Below the pieces are notes generated by a model. It was not told the origin of the DNA, ran no database searches, and saw only the letters and a program-made list of their open reading frames with translations. From contig NIVC01000530.1 of the NCBI GenBank assembly GCA_002269645.1, positions 124,001 to 188,000 of the forward strand: DNA of 64,000 bases. The letters are read 5' to 3'. Of this stretch, positions 50,601 to 63,300 are shown piece by piece; the first letter of the stretch is position 1; each line of letters starts with the position of its first letter. A program made the translations under genes and the position numbers. The stretch comes from Macrostomum lignano. Lineage: Eukaryota.

Positions 50601-50974
50601 TTTGCGAAATCCAAGTGCTCTACTAGAGAATTCAACCCTAGTGCCTCTGCGCAGGGGATTGGACCCTTGTTGCCATGAAAGCTGAATTGCGCAACAAAGC
50701 CACCTAGAAATGTTTTCCATCCCATATTGAGCAACTTGACAACAAACAAGCCATGGTTTTGGCCTGCGCCATGTCTATCTTGGAATGGATCACACAGGGG
50801 AGACGGCGGCCATTTGTCTTCCTGGTCAAGGAAGACTTAATCTCTGTTCACATGAGTGAGCTGGCCCAATTGCCAGAACTGGCTGCCGCAGCAGGACAAG
50901 CACATAGATGGCAATGGGCGCACACTGAGCTCATGGTAGCAAAAAATAAGATAAAAAACCCATTAGCTCGTAGT

Positions 50975-51290
50975 TGACCGCAGGGCGCCAAAAAGAGCTG
51001 CAGTGTGCCAAAAAGAGCCGCAGTGCACTAATAATAGCCACAGGGTACTAAAAAGAGCTGCAGGGCACCAAAAAGAGCCACAGGGTGCAAAAAAGAGCAA
51101 CAGGGCACCAAAAAGAGCTGCAGTATGCCAAAAAGAGCCATAGGGCACTAAAAAGAGCCACAGGGTGCCAAAAAGAGCCACAGGGCACGAAAAAGAGCCA
51201 CAGGGCACGAAAAAGAGCCACAGGGCACCAAAAAAACTGCAGGATGCCAAAAAAAGCCAAGGGACACCAAAAAGAGCCACAGGACATCAA
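50975..51290. repeat. 20-bp decayed minisatellite, inferred consensus AAAAGAGCCGCAGGGCGCCA
   Basis: About 15 units differing at CpG positions. Confidence 0.9.
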
Positions 51291-53039
51291 AATGAGTACT
51301 AAAGGGTGCCTCTATGGCACTCCTATGAAGTTCCTTCTATGGCGCTTATGTACAAGGTGCCTCCCAAAGTGGGCCCCAAAAGGGTCCCCCAAAAGGGCAC
51401 CTCTTTGTGCCCCCCCAATTCTTAGCCTCATTCTTCCCAAAGCAAATGTCTAGATCTGCCACTAGACAGGACATTTAATTGTACAAACAGAATTTTAATT
51501 CTGCATGCTAAACTCTGCAATGCGCAGAGTCCCTACTCAAGAAGCTTGCTTTAATTGCATACTGTAATCTATAGCCCTACCACCCCTACCCCCTGCTGAG
51601 TTTCTAGAAGCTGGAACGGGCAAATGGCTCAGTGCCATCTATGTGGGATATACTTATAATTGACCAAATTGCTGCCCTATTTACATGATTGCAAAAACAG
51701 TTGATTTTCCCTGTGTGAATTAAAGTTTAAGCTTAGTTGTAATCCAAGGGCTATCTGTATATGCAATTTGCACATTGAGTGCGCAATGACTATTATATAG
51801 CTTTTGGCTCACTGCATTGGCTGGCGGTTATCGATAACCATTATGTAAACAACAGGATAGAATCAATTTTTGTTGACAATATGGTTTAGGATTTTGCACC
51901 TCCTTGTGGAGCAGAAAACTGATTCCCACATTGTCTCACATCACTCAACCTTGCTATGGTTATGCTTTTTGTGGGATAAAAATTTGCTTTCTTCACACCT
52001 TGCTTTACCCCAATTGAACTTGTCAAAAAGGTGTAAGTTGAACTTTGCACACCCTCTTTCTGTGAGTGTACCAGTCCCTACAGCAAGGCTTGTATAAATA
52101 CAGAAAAGCATCCAATGTAGGCTTGCATCATTGGAACACTGCCTATTGTAGGCCATTCTAGTTATTGCTCTTTCTCACTTGTCTTTACCCCTCTTATCAT
52201 TTACCTGAGGAATGAAATAAATACCTAGCAACTGGGTTTTAAGCAAAAAAGAATTTTCCACATAAAATACTGATTTAAAAGGCGTTAATGATCAACTGGT
52301 TGCATGCAATACATTTTAGAGATTTAGAAAAGCAGTTTGCAGGGAGATTGGGTTGATTGGCAAAATATTGAGTAAGGAGACATGCATGCAGGGAAATGGG
52401 AGATAGGCAGGGAAAGGGGGCAATGCAAGCAGTCTGCGAGATAGGAAGCAAGAGCTAACACCCTCTGCTCACTAGGACTCTACTGTTCACTACTCCCCCT
52501 TTTCTGCTTAGCACATTTAGAGCCTGAAACCAGGGCTGCTACATGGTACCTCAGAAAAGGATCAAGAGCGTGATTAAGAGGATAAAGGTGTGAGAGACAA
52601 GAGAGCAAAAAAACATTGCCCTTTCTTATTGTCTCTGCTCACCACTCCCCTTCTCTTGCTCATGCTCCTGCTCAATCGCCATCCTCTCTATTCCCTCTCT
52701 CCTATATGAGCCCTCTGCCTATCTCTTCTGCCCTAGGCACCACTAACAAGAGGAAGGGATGCTGCGGCCCTTCCTCCCCCATTTTGGGTGAGGGTAATGG
52801 CACCCCCTCTTTAGTCTTTGGCACTTTAGCATTTCTCGATCAGTGGTGTGATTGGCAAAGGGCCATTTTTTTGCGCCTAAATTTAAAAGTTTAAATAAAG
52901 TTATTTAAAAAGTAAACTTTATTCTGTGTTAATTTTTTTTAAACTGTTATTTAAAAAGTTTAAATAACATGCTAACTACTTATATGTACATGTAGAAAAC
53001 CCATATTTTTATGTTTTTGCTTCTTTTTTCCAGCACTAA

Positions 53040-53440
53040 GGATCAATCCTTGCTGTGGCAGTACTTTACCACTCATAAAAGTTTGGCCTGCACAACTAAA
53101 AAGCGAGCAGCAAATGTCCTTGGACAAAAAATGGGTGTCAAAACTTCATGGTATTTGATTTCTAAACTTTTTTGAAGGACACTCTGGGGCAGGCAATGGC
53201 TATTCCTAACTTCCTGCTCAACAGCCTTCCATTTCAGCACTTGCTCAGCAATTCTTTCAGCTTCCTTCAATTTCTTCTGCTGGAGCTTGCATTTCTCCTG
53301 TCAAAGCTGTTCCAACTCTTGATCCTTCTCCTTGTTACGAGTCAGCTCCAGCAGCAGTCGTTGGAGCTCTCTTCAGTCTGCTTCCGTTTTGACTAGATCT
53401 TGTCTTCTTTCATTTTCAGCTGCTGCTCCAGATCCAGATT
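53040..53440 (-). pseudogene. Decayed coiled-coil coding remnant of unknown origin
   Basis: Reads ...LLLELTRNKEKDQELEQL*QEKCKLQQKKLKEAERIAEQVLKWKAVEQEVRN...; no recognisable domain. Confidence 0.35.
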
Positions 53441-54654
53441 TGCATGTATTGTACACCATAACATAAAGTTTAAATTTGAATAAAGCGTGTGTGAATAGAC
53501 TAAATGTTATCAGTTCATCAGTAAAAAATGAAAATTCGAAAATTGAAAAATTGCACCTCTGCTTGACAAAAATTTGCGCTTGCCCTCAGAAATTGCATAT
53601 TTGTGCCTTTTTCATGCCTGGCGCGAATTTGCGCCTCAATCACACCACTGCTCTTGATGACCCTTAAGGTGCTCTCTTACACCCTGGCGCCACCCTCTGG
53701 CTCCCTGGTGCTGCCTATAAAGCACCCATTCAGTGCCAAAGTGCCAAAAGATGCCCCAACTTGCCCGAAGCTTTTCTGGGTACAATTTATATTTACAAGC
53801 ATCAAAGCTTTGGTGCAAAGAAAAAGTTAAGGTGCCAAAGTTTAAAGGGCCCTCTAGGCATCCCAAATCATGCCTTATGTAGCATCTTAAATCCTTACTT
53901 AAAGCCACTAGTGCATACTTGCAGAAGGCCCTTTGTTGCTGTTTTAGCGCCTTTCCACATGTGACCCAAATAAAAATCCTGGCTGCACACCTTACTAGGC
54001 ATTTCTCTTTTCCTGAGTTTCCTTGTTCCAAGTCTGCATAGTCTTATATCATAAGCAAGTCAACAAATGATTAGACCTTTACATGATTAATTAACTTTTC
54101 CAAAGTCTTATATTACAAAAATGCTGTTTTACTTTTTACTCTCATTGTACTTCATTTTGATCTTACTAGGGCTAACAAATTTTTAAATAGAGCCATTCTC
54201 ACTTGTAGTAGCATAAAAAGAGTTTTATGCATAAACAAAAAGTGTTTTTATTTTTTTCTTGACATTTTACAATATAAAAATCATATTTTTGAAAATTTTA
54301 ACAACAGAAAAAAACCAGATGGGCTTGTTGCCACTCATGGAAAAGTAATGCTACATAGGAACATTTTTATAAGTTCCAAACAAAAAATACTTTAAAAAAT
54401 GCTACAACATGTTAAATAGTACTTTTTAAACAGACATGCAATGGAGGAATGTAGATTCATCATAGTCTAACTGTACCTCCCATTACAAAATCAAAGCCAA
54501 AATTTTGTTCAAAACCAACAATGCAAAGGTATATGCATCATTCACATTGTTTATCTCCCTGATTTAGTATGCATGTTTGGCTAAAAGCACAGTTTATCCT
54601 ATGCAATAGGAAAAAATTAACTTTGGACAAAATTTTGGATAACCTACTTTAAAG

Positions 54655-57575
54655 GGTCCCTGGACATTTCAGTGACAAGACATTTCAGTGACAGCCTTTT
54701 TGGTGACAATTTAGGACATTTTGGTGACAAATTTAGACAATTCAGTGACACATTTTAAATATGAAAGTTAATTTTGTCTGTAAGATAATAAACTCATGAA
54801 CAAGACTTAATACTCAGAACTTGTCATATATTTTATTGTTTTGTGTTTATTTTGTAACTGACTTTGTTATATCTCTACACTTAAATAAAGGGTCATCTGC
54901 ATTTCTAGATAAGTCAGTCCGCCGACGCGACACATCAAGTTGCTTATTTTACACACTATAACGGCATCATTTTTGCGACACTATCTGGATATATACCTGT
55001 GTTCAAGGCAATTTGTATAAAAAATGTACATGTAGCATATTTTCATTAGTCGCCTGATTGATCTACTGTATTGATGCAAACAAAAGTTGTGGTTGTAGTT
55101 TGTTACTCTACTATCAGGGCTATGGAGAGGGGGCTAGGACATTCCATTGCTTTATCCCCCTGCCTAAACCCCAACCCCACTTTAATTTGTTGACCTGTTA
55201 TATGGAAATAATGTAATACATTAGGGAATTTAGTCATGTACAATCTACATGTAGAATTGTTGGCATGGTAGACTGGTAGACCAATAATTGGCTGTATGAT
55301 TGCTGACCATATTGACCAGGAAAGTCAAAGGAAAAATGAGGCCACATTAAGTTATTAAATTGCATAGTTTACTTTTCAGAACTTACTTTAAAGGTTTTGC
55401 TATGCTATGTAAATAGGCAATTCCAGTGTTTAATCTTTCTTCATTGTTCAATCGATATTAGCACCTTTGATAGCTCATTAAGTGAACCAATTGGGCTTAG
55501 AGAATCAAATTTCGATATCTACATGTATTTAATTACTAACAATGCTAATTCTGGAATGGCAAGCACCAATGATTTAGTTGCCTGCTATAATTGCTACCGT
55601 GCTAAAGCAAAATCATTGCTAGCAGAGAAGCATTGCTTGTACGGTGATATTATGTTTGTTTTTGCCACGACACTAGCTACCCCTAAAAGTAGCTTGGGAT
55701 TAGCGATTAGTGATTTCTCTTCATTATCTTCACTTTCTATTTAATAAGAGCTTTCTAATGTATATTTTTTTATTAATTTCTGTCAATCCTACGCAAAAAG
55801 TCATAAATCATTTTGTTGCGATTTTGATTGATTTATGGCTGCACCTGTCATCTTTTTACAACCCTGTGGGAACTAATAGGATCTCCCAGTCACATGATTC
55901 TGAGTAGCAACAAGCTTAGCCAATCAGAAAATTCAGCACTCATTTTAACAAATCAGCTCAGCCAATCAGAATTGACATGTCCCATTATAACAAACTGCGG
56001 TCCAGTTGGTGGCTATTTAAACCAGCATTTTTGGCCCGCTTGGACCAACTCCTCTTGGGACCTTAGCCTGGCTTGAGACATCCTGGAGCGCAACCATCGT
56101 TTCTTGATCCCCGGATTGCGACTTCCCCCATCATCATCATCAAAGACGAGTCCCCCCTGTCATCAGCAGTGAACATCAAAGTTAAGAGCATCACCTGCTA
56201 GCTATCTGCAAAGACCGTGACATTAGCATCATCCTGGAGCTGCGAAGCACTAAGCCAATTTGGTCACTATGGATTACCTGGTCTCTGGCTATTGAGTTCT
56301 GATTGGTTGGGTGAGAGACTTGCTTGATTGGGTGATTCCCTACGCTTGTATCTGTCCCCTGTTTCAATAGCTGGATTAGGCGCACACTTTTGCTCATTTT
56401 GTTTAGTAGTGCTGTTACTGAGGCAGAAATCATTTAATAATACTGCTAGTAGTCTGAAACTCCAATTCAATCTGAAGTGTGAAGTAATTAAAGAAGATTA
56501 AATCTGACAGTTATTTTCACTGGTTTTATTTTTGTTCGCTGATGGCTCAGATGAGTAGCTAAGCTAGTAGGCGCCGGTCACAATGGAGCAATGGCAAGGC
56601 GGTTCTCAGTCGATCAATCTATCAAACCAGTGAGCAAAATTGCCAATAGTGCAAAATCGGCACTAGAGATGTACTCTGTGCACTCTAGGTTAGCCAAGCG
56701 GCTCGGGTGATGAATCATGCAGTCTCTGAAGTTCAAGTTAGTCTATCATCAGCGCTATGAGAGGCTAGTTGGCGCCTTGAAGGCCAAAAGTACAATTCTT
56801 TGTATTTAGCTATGTAATAGTACATGTAGCTACCCCATAGACTCGCCACTGTAAGAATCCCCTGCACAAGTCCCCTCTGTACCTGCATGGCCAATGTGAT
56901 CTAGTCCCAGCAGTGTCCCTTATCATCGGCTATGACTTCGAGATAGACAGCAAAAAGACACTAGTTGGCAGGTAAGTCTAAAGCCTCTTCTAGTCAGAAT
57001 CCCGATTTTGAGAGTCCCAGTATGGTGAGCCAGGATGTATGGGCTAGTGGCAGCAAGTTAGCTAATCTGCAGATTAACTAATTTCTACTTTCAAAATTCT
57101 CCCTGCTTGTCTCTCACTGTCCCTCTCTTAGCTATAGGACCTAGACTGCTCACCACACGATCTAAGCTACCACCTGACAGGAGTGGGGGGCCAGGACTCT
57201 AATTGATTTATTTCTGAGACCTGAGGCCTAAAGGCTTCCCCTCAAGGGGGCTGGAAGGTCGAAACCCATCAACAGGTATATATCCAGATAGCGTCGCAAA
57301 AATGATGCCGCTATAGTATGTAAAATAAGCAACTTGATGTGTCGCGTCGGCCGACTGACCTTATCTAGAAATGCAGATGACCCTTTATTTAAGTGTAGAG
57401 ATATAACAAAGTTACAAAATCAACATAAAACAATAAAATATGATGAGTTCTGAGTATTTAGTCTTGTTCATGAGTTTATTATCTTACAGACAAAATTAGC
57501 TTTCATTTTTTAAACGTGTCACCAAATTGTCTAAATGTATCACTGAAAAGGCTGTCACCAAAATGTCCAGGAACC
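54655..57575. mobile_element. Mutator-like (MULE)/foldback non-autonomous element, about 2.9 kb, with 300-345-bp TIRs and a 9-bp TSD
   Basis: Perfect TSD ACTTTAAAG at 54646-54654 and 57576-57584; ends GGTCCCTGGACATTT / GGTTCCTGGACATTT (reverse complement); arms 54655-55000 and 57272-57575 with subterminal GACATTT(C/T)(A/G)GTGACA repeats; no transposase inside. Confidence 0.88.
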
Positions 57576-58411
57576 ACTTTAAAGAACTAAAATAAGCTTT
57601 TCTTCTAAGTCAAATTAGATGAAAATGCACACAAATATACCTTAGTGTAGTAATTTATCATTCTAATAACATAAGTTGTAAGTATTATACTAAAAAATAG
57701 AAGCTACTAGTACAATTTAAACTTTAAAACTAGACATCAATTGCGCTGTCTGGTTTGAAGATACACATACATCATTGTCCAGTTTTGGATGAAAAATGGT
57801 TAGTTATAATTTATTTTTTCTGAATCAAAATACTTGAGTCAACACTTTTCTTAAAGTTGAGAAAGTTTTCAACAACTTTGTTTTTTTTTGGCTCTAATAT
57901 ATGCAAAATACAATTCACAAATTCAATTTTATTTGATAAAATATTACTTTCTTGTTCAGTTGATGATGTTTTACACTATGCTTTTATTTGGTGAAATCCA
58001 AAAATCGGGGGCAAGTTTTATGAAAATTCGTTTTTTGGCAATTTGAAAGCAATAAAGCTATAAAATAAATTTATTCAAGTTTTTAAAAGGTAAAAAAGTC
58101 CATTAAAGCACAAATTATTTTCATATAGCTTTATTTTTAATAAAATGATTTGTTAAAATGGTAAGTTTAATTACGACCTAAAATGAGTCTAATGAAAATG
58201 ATAGAAAAGCTATAATAATGTATTTTATTAACTTTAACTATCTTATAATGTTACACTCTATAATTCTACAACATATTTAACATTATTTTCAAGGGTTTAT
58301 TTGTTTATTACTTTCGTTACTCTTGACAACGTGTATTTTGTAGAGTTTGTTTGCAATAAATTGTATTCAACGTAAGTTTATTATTTAAACATACAAATTC
58401 CCGTAAAAATC

Positions 58412-59097
58412 GGAAAATTGCATTTTACTCAGCTTTTACTAAAGCGATTTGGAAAATTCTTTTTTTCCTGCATACACGCCGCAATGATACATGTTTTAGT
58501 GTAATTTCATGGTTCTTCGTCACTTAATGAGCATACAGTAAGCATCTGATTTGGAAGCCGGGTAACACATTGGAATTCCCATAAGGATTGGAAAATTGCA
58601 TTTTACTTAGCTTCTACTAAAACGATTTGGAAAATTCTTTTTTTCCTGCATACACGCTGCGATGATACATGTTTTAGTGTAATTTCATTGTTCTTCATCG
58701 CTTAATGAGCATACAGAAAACATCTGATTTGGAAGCCGGGTAACACATTGGAATTCCCATAAGGATTGGAAAATTGCATTTTACTCAGCTTCTACTCAAA
58801 CGATTTGGAAAACTCTTTTTTTCCTGTATACACGCCGCGATGATACATGTTTTAGTGTAATTTCATTGTTCTTTGTCGCTTAATGAGCATACAGTAAGCA
58901 TCTGATTTGGAAGCCGGGTAACACATTGGAATTCCCATAAGGATTGGAAAATTGCATTTTACTCAGCTTCTACTAAAACAATTTGGAAAATTCTTTTTTC
59001 CTGCATACATGTCGCAATGATACATGTTTTAGTGTAATTTCATTGTTCTTTGTCACTTAATGAGCATATAGTAAGCATCTGGTTTGGATGCCGGGTT
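58412..59097. repeat. 178-bp tandem repeat, about 3.9 copies
   Basis: GGAAAATTGCATTTTAC recurs at 58412, 58590, 58768 and 58946. Confidence 0.95.
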
Positions 59098-59722
59098 CAC
59101 ATTTTGTGGTACCATTTTTTATCCAAAATTTTTAAGTCTAAATATAGGCATATTACAAATACTAATACTATGCAAGTTGATATTTAAATGAAAGAAAACA
59201 ACTTAAAGATTATTTTGCAACAAGGAATTAGCAATATATTTACTTTTACAAAAAGATGTTTGCTGGCAAACTTTGCACTTTATATTAGTATGAAGTTTCG
59301 CGAGTTTATATGGTTTTAGAAAAACTTTGAAATCCTTAGAAATACTTTATCTTTTTGAATTGAATAAAAAGTAAAACACAGATTACTTTCTGTTTTGTAA
59401 GTAGTAAAAAATTAGCCTTCTCTAAGGCCTACAAGTCTTAAAATTAATTGTTTAATAAAGAAAAAAAGTGAAACAAAAAATTGCAAATTGGTCAACTCGG
59501 ACTTTCAAAATGCTTTTTTGTGGTTTTTTCTTATTTATTCAACAATATAAAACATGAAAACAATAGTTTTTATCCAGAACTATTTTCTAAAGACCTATCT
59601 ATCTTTTAAAAACCTTTTTTAGATACATTACTTTCCATCAAATGTCCGCAGATTTGTTTTACCGTTTTATCCCACGTTTTTGGATTTCGCCATTTAAGTC
59701 CTAATAGTAATAAGCAACAATT

Positions 59723-62468
59723 CCCGATCAAAAAGTTGTCTTAAGACGTCTTATAATTGTCTTAAGATGGCTAAAAACACCTCAAGACAATTCCAAGATA
59801 TCTTCCACTTTGCTTTCACAAGCTATCCTGATAAAGTTGTCTTTAAGATGACTTGAAATTGACTTTTATGAGATGTCTTGTTGAAGACATCTTTAAGACA
59901 TCACCTTAAAGACTAAAAATTTACATAAACAACTGTTTCTACTGTAAGTAGGAAGTTTCAGATACAAATTTATCCAGATCATTAAAATCAATAAAAAATA
60001 AAACAAGCAACTATTGTGACATTTATCTAAAAATTTTGTTGTATTGTAGTCTGTGGAGGGTGTGCCTTTTATTAAAAATCCTTTACGCTTTTGGAGTGCA
60101 ATTATATGCAATTTTTTGTATTGAGTCGTTACAAACTTTGAGACAAAGTTTAACTACAACAGTTTTGATTGGAGCAAATATATTTACAAAATTCTAAACA
60201 GCTAAGCATTAAAAAAGACAAAGTTGAAATATATATCGGTGATGCTTTTGTTAAAAACAGCTAAAATCAATATGGCGGAACGACATTTTTAAAAAGGACT
60301 AAAAGACAACCTTGTGACCGTGAAGGCCGCCTAATTGTCGAACACTTGCTTCTTTTGTGATAAGTTTCAATTTTTCATTGGCTGCTATAGCCTATATAGA
60401 TTTCTGGTATAAGCCCTACCCTAGATTTATCTTTACTTAATGCGATAGTGTATTACTATTTGTGATGATACATCTACTATCCTCAAATTCGACTTTCCTA
60501 GTAGTATTTTTTACTAATTCTTCCTTGGATAGCTTCTAGGATTGTATTTCATATTCTAGTGCCAAGTGCCAGCAAAAAACCCAGATTGGCCAGAAATGTT
60601 TTTATGCAATAGGCAATAGGGATGCTATGTAACATCTTGACTTAAAAATTACAATTTTAAATTGGACCTTGGATGCAATGTTTTTTTAGTTAGGCCTAGG
60701 CCTACTGCATATCTATTGCTATGCCTAGCACTAGTAAGCACTAGTTAACTAATGCATAGTCATGTTTACATTTTAAGTTAGGCCTTAAAAGATTCAGGCA
60801 TTAACTAGGCCTAGAGGCCCATGTACTAGGCCTAAAACTAAAAATATATGTTTTATTTACTTCTGGCTTTTTAAAGTCAAAGTTTTATAGTTGTTGAATT
60901 GGCTTATTAGGCTATTTTGTTCTGTTGTAGGCCTCTTAGCCTTAGATAGGCCCTAGCTTCTTCCTTAGGTCTAAATAGTTTTTGTTTTGATTTTTATGTC
61001 AAAAGTAATAAATAATTTCCATGAGCCTATAGCTAGGTTTATTTTTTATATGTACTGTGTATGTGTATATGCACTTTTAATTTAAAATTGCACCCAGAAA
61101 TTGAAAATTGCAATTTAGGGACAGTCTTTTAACCTGTTTTTCTGTTAAACTTGAAGCCTCATTTGCATTGCCCTAAAATAAGAAAAAAAAGAAATTGCAC
61201 TTTGAGCCTTAAAATTGCACTATAAAAATGAGTATAGAGTGCACTTTTGCACCTTGTCTCTGGCAAAAAAGAAAACATTGGCCTATAGGCCTTTATATGT
61301 TGCTTCCTCTTTGCCTTTATTATTGGCTAATGGCATATATATGATGTTTTAAATATATCAATATTTTGAATATTAGGCCTAGTCATTAGTGCTTTTTTTC
61401 TTGGCTAGGCCAATGAAAATTTAAATAAGAAATAGATATAGCCTTATAATTTATTATTAGGCCTATATCACATTCAAAAATTGGATTAGGCCTAATAAAG
61501 AATAAATAGAGTTGGTATGCCTAGAAGTTTTATATAAAATTGATATTCTAATCTTTTTATTTTGCTTTGAGATTAGGCCCTAAGCTTTAGCCTATGTATT
61601 TAAGCCTAAGGCAAAGTTATTGTATAATACACTTGTATGAATATATAGTAGGGGCCTAGGCAATTTATTTATTAGATTTTTAAAGTATATTAGTATAATA
61701 ATCTATTATTTATTATTTTTTGTTTTTTTACTTATGAATTTCAAATTATTTCAGCCTAACAACCTATAAACTATAACCTTTATTAAACTTATCCTTTTCA
61801 GCCTTATCAACACATGCTATCCATCATAGTGGAAGCTAACCTGGATCTTGAATCTTCCTGGATTGAGCCAATTCTAAACTAGTAGTTGGCTCGCAAAGGA
61901 TCAATTTACAGCAAGTTTTCCACCAAGCAATGAGCAACTTAGTCATTATTGAACTATACCCTTGCACTTGAGTATTTTTGCATTTTTATTTAGTGTATTT
62001 TAACTTGTTTTTGATTCACCATTTTATTGCTTCTGTGACTTTTAAACTGTGCCTTTTATAAAATGAAAATATAAATCATAAATCATAAATTACATTGAAC
62101 CATGTTTAGAAGCCTACTAAATAGCTTCTCTTTCATATCAATATTGCCTGAAACGAAACAAAAGAGTGCTGTAATATTTTTAGTCATTTTTCTTTTAAAC
62201 AACTGTGATTGCAATGGCAACAGCATTTCTTAAATGATCTTGGGCAAGACATCTTCTGCAAGTCATCTGGAAGATGTCTTTAAGTAGATTTTAAGATGTC
62301 TTGAAGATGTCTGAAGACGTCTTTAAGTTATCTCTAAGTTGTCTACAAGTGTTGCAAGGAGCCAATTTTTAGACCGAATTAAGTCAATTGTAAGATGTCT
62401 TGAAGACATCTTTCTGTCTTATGCAAGACATCTTTAAGACATAATTAAGCCAACTTTTTTTGATCGGG
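59723..62468. mobile_element. CMC/EnSpm-like non-autonomous DNA transposon with CCCGATCAAAAA termini, TT flanks and palindromic subterminal repeats
   Basis: Left tt|CCCGATCAAAAAGTTG, right CAACTTTTTTTGATCGGG|tt; many AAGACGTCTT/AAGACATCTT/AAGATGTCTT motifs within about 200-250 bp of each end. Superfamily assignment is inferred from the termini and 2-bp TSD. Confidence 0.7.
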
Positions 62469-62803
62469 TTAGGCCTAGTCTCTATACTTTCTACCTAGAG
62501 TTATAATTATAAAATGAATTTAATTATATTGTTTAATAACATATGATTATCAATTTGACAAATATTATTAAGTAATTAAAAATTTTAATTTCTTGAGAAT
62601 TAGAATCCCAAGACTCCTAACTATTAGGCCCTAGTAATACTATTATTAGGCCTAGTCATTATTAGTCCCTATTCAATAGATAGAAAACTGAAACTTACAT
62701 AAGGTAACAAATATAATACATCCATGCAATGATAGGGCCTACTCAGTGAAGACTAAGTAAAGAAATCTAAAAACTACAAGTTCAATATTCCAATCCAACT
62801 TAC

Positions 62804-62909
62804 TTCGATACTTCTCCCAGGCCTCAACTCTTTCTGAGTTTTGAAGACAGAGCTCATCACAAAGCTCATTGAAAGTACGTTCTAAAGGTTCTTCATCCTC
62901 GAAGTCCAT
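62804..62909 (-). CDS. Rbl: Rb-family exon 1 (not in the ORF track)
   Basis: ATG at 62909: MDFEDEEPLERTFNELCDELCLQNSERVEAWEKYR + A|gtaagt; phase 1 joins exon 2 to give [27 protein letters not shown], collinear with the p130-type motif EAWDSYRSMSESYTLEGNDLHWLACAL. Confidence 0.88.
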
Positions 62910-62979
62910 AGCGTTCCACTAAATTATTGTTAGTTGATAGTTAAAAAACAAAACGCAATTTTACCGAGCAATTCACCTT

Positions 62980-63300
62980 TTATTTTCAGATTTTGCATTT
63001 TCCAAGACAGATTCGCACGGCTAAAAAATACAAAATGGCGGCTAAACTAAAACAAAAGAAAAATGTTTTTTTTAAATTAGAGCTTTCTTTTTTGTAGCTA
63101 TATTATAAAAATAATTTAAAAGTTTCTAATCAACACAAAAGTTTTTTAATTTCTTAACTAATTGAGCACTGGACTTTTCGCATTATTGGATTCAAATTCG
63201 CAGATGCAGATTATCTCGAGTAAAGTGCGTTAAAATTGAAAGCGTATGCGCTTTCTGGAGAACAAGCCATTTATTTATTTTGAAATGGATAGTGAATAAT
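62980..63300 (-). promoter_or_regulatory. Candidate Rb promoter/5' region: local retention of CpG, with a YY1-like AAAATGGCGG at 63032
   Basis: CpGs reappear here after the CpG-poor intron; a possible 58-nt 5'UTR intron spans 62919-62976. Confidence 0.35.
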
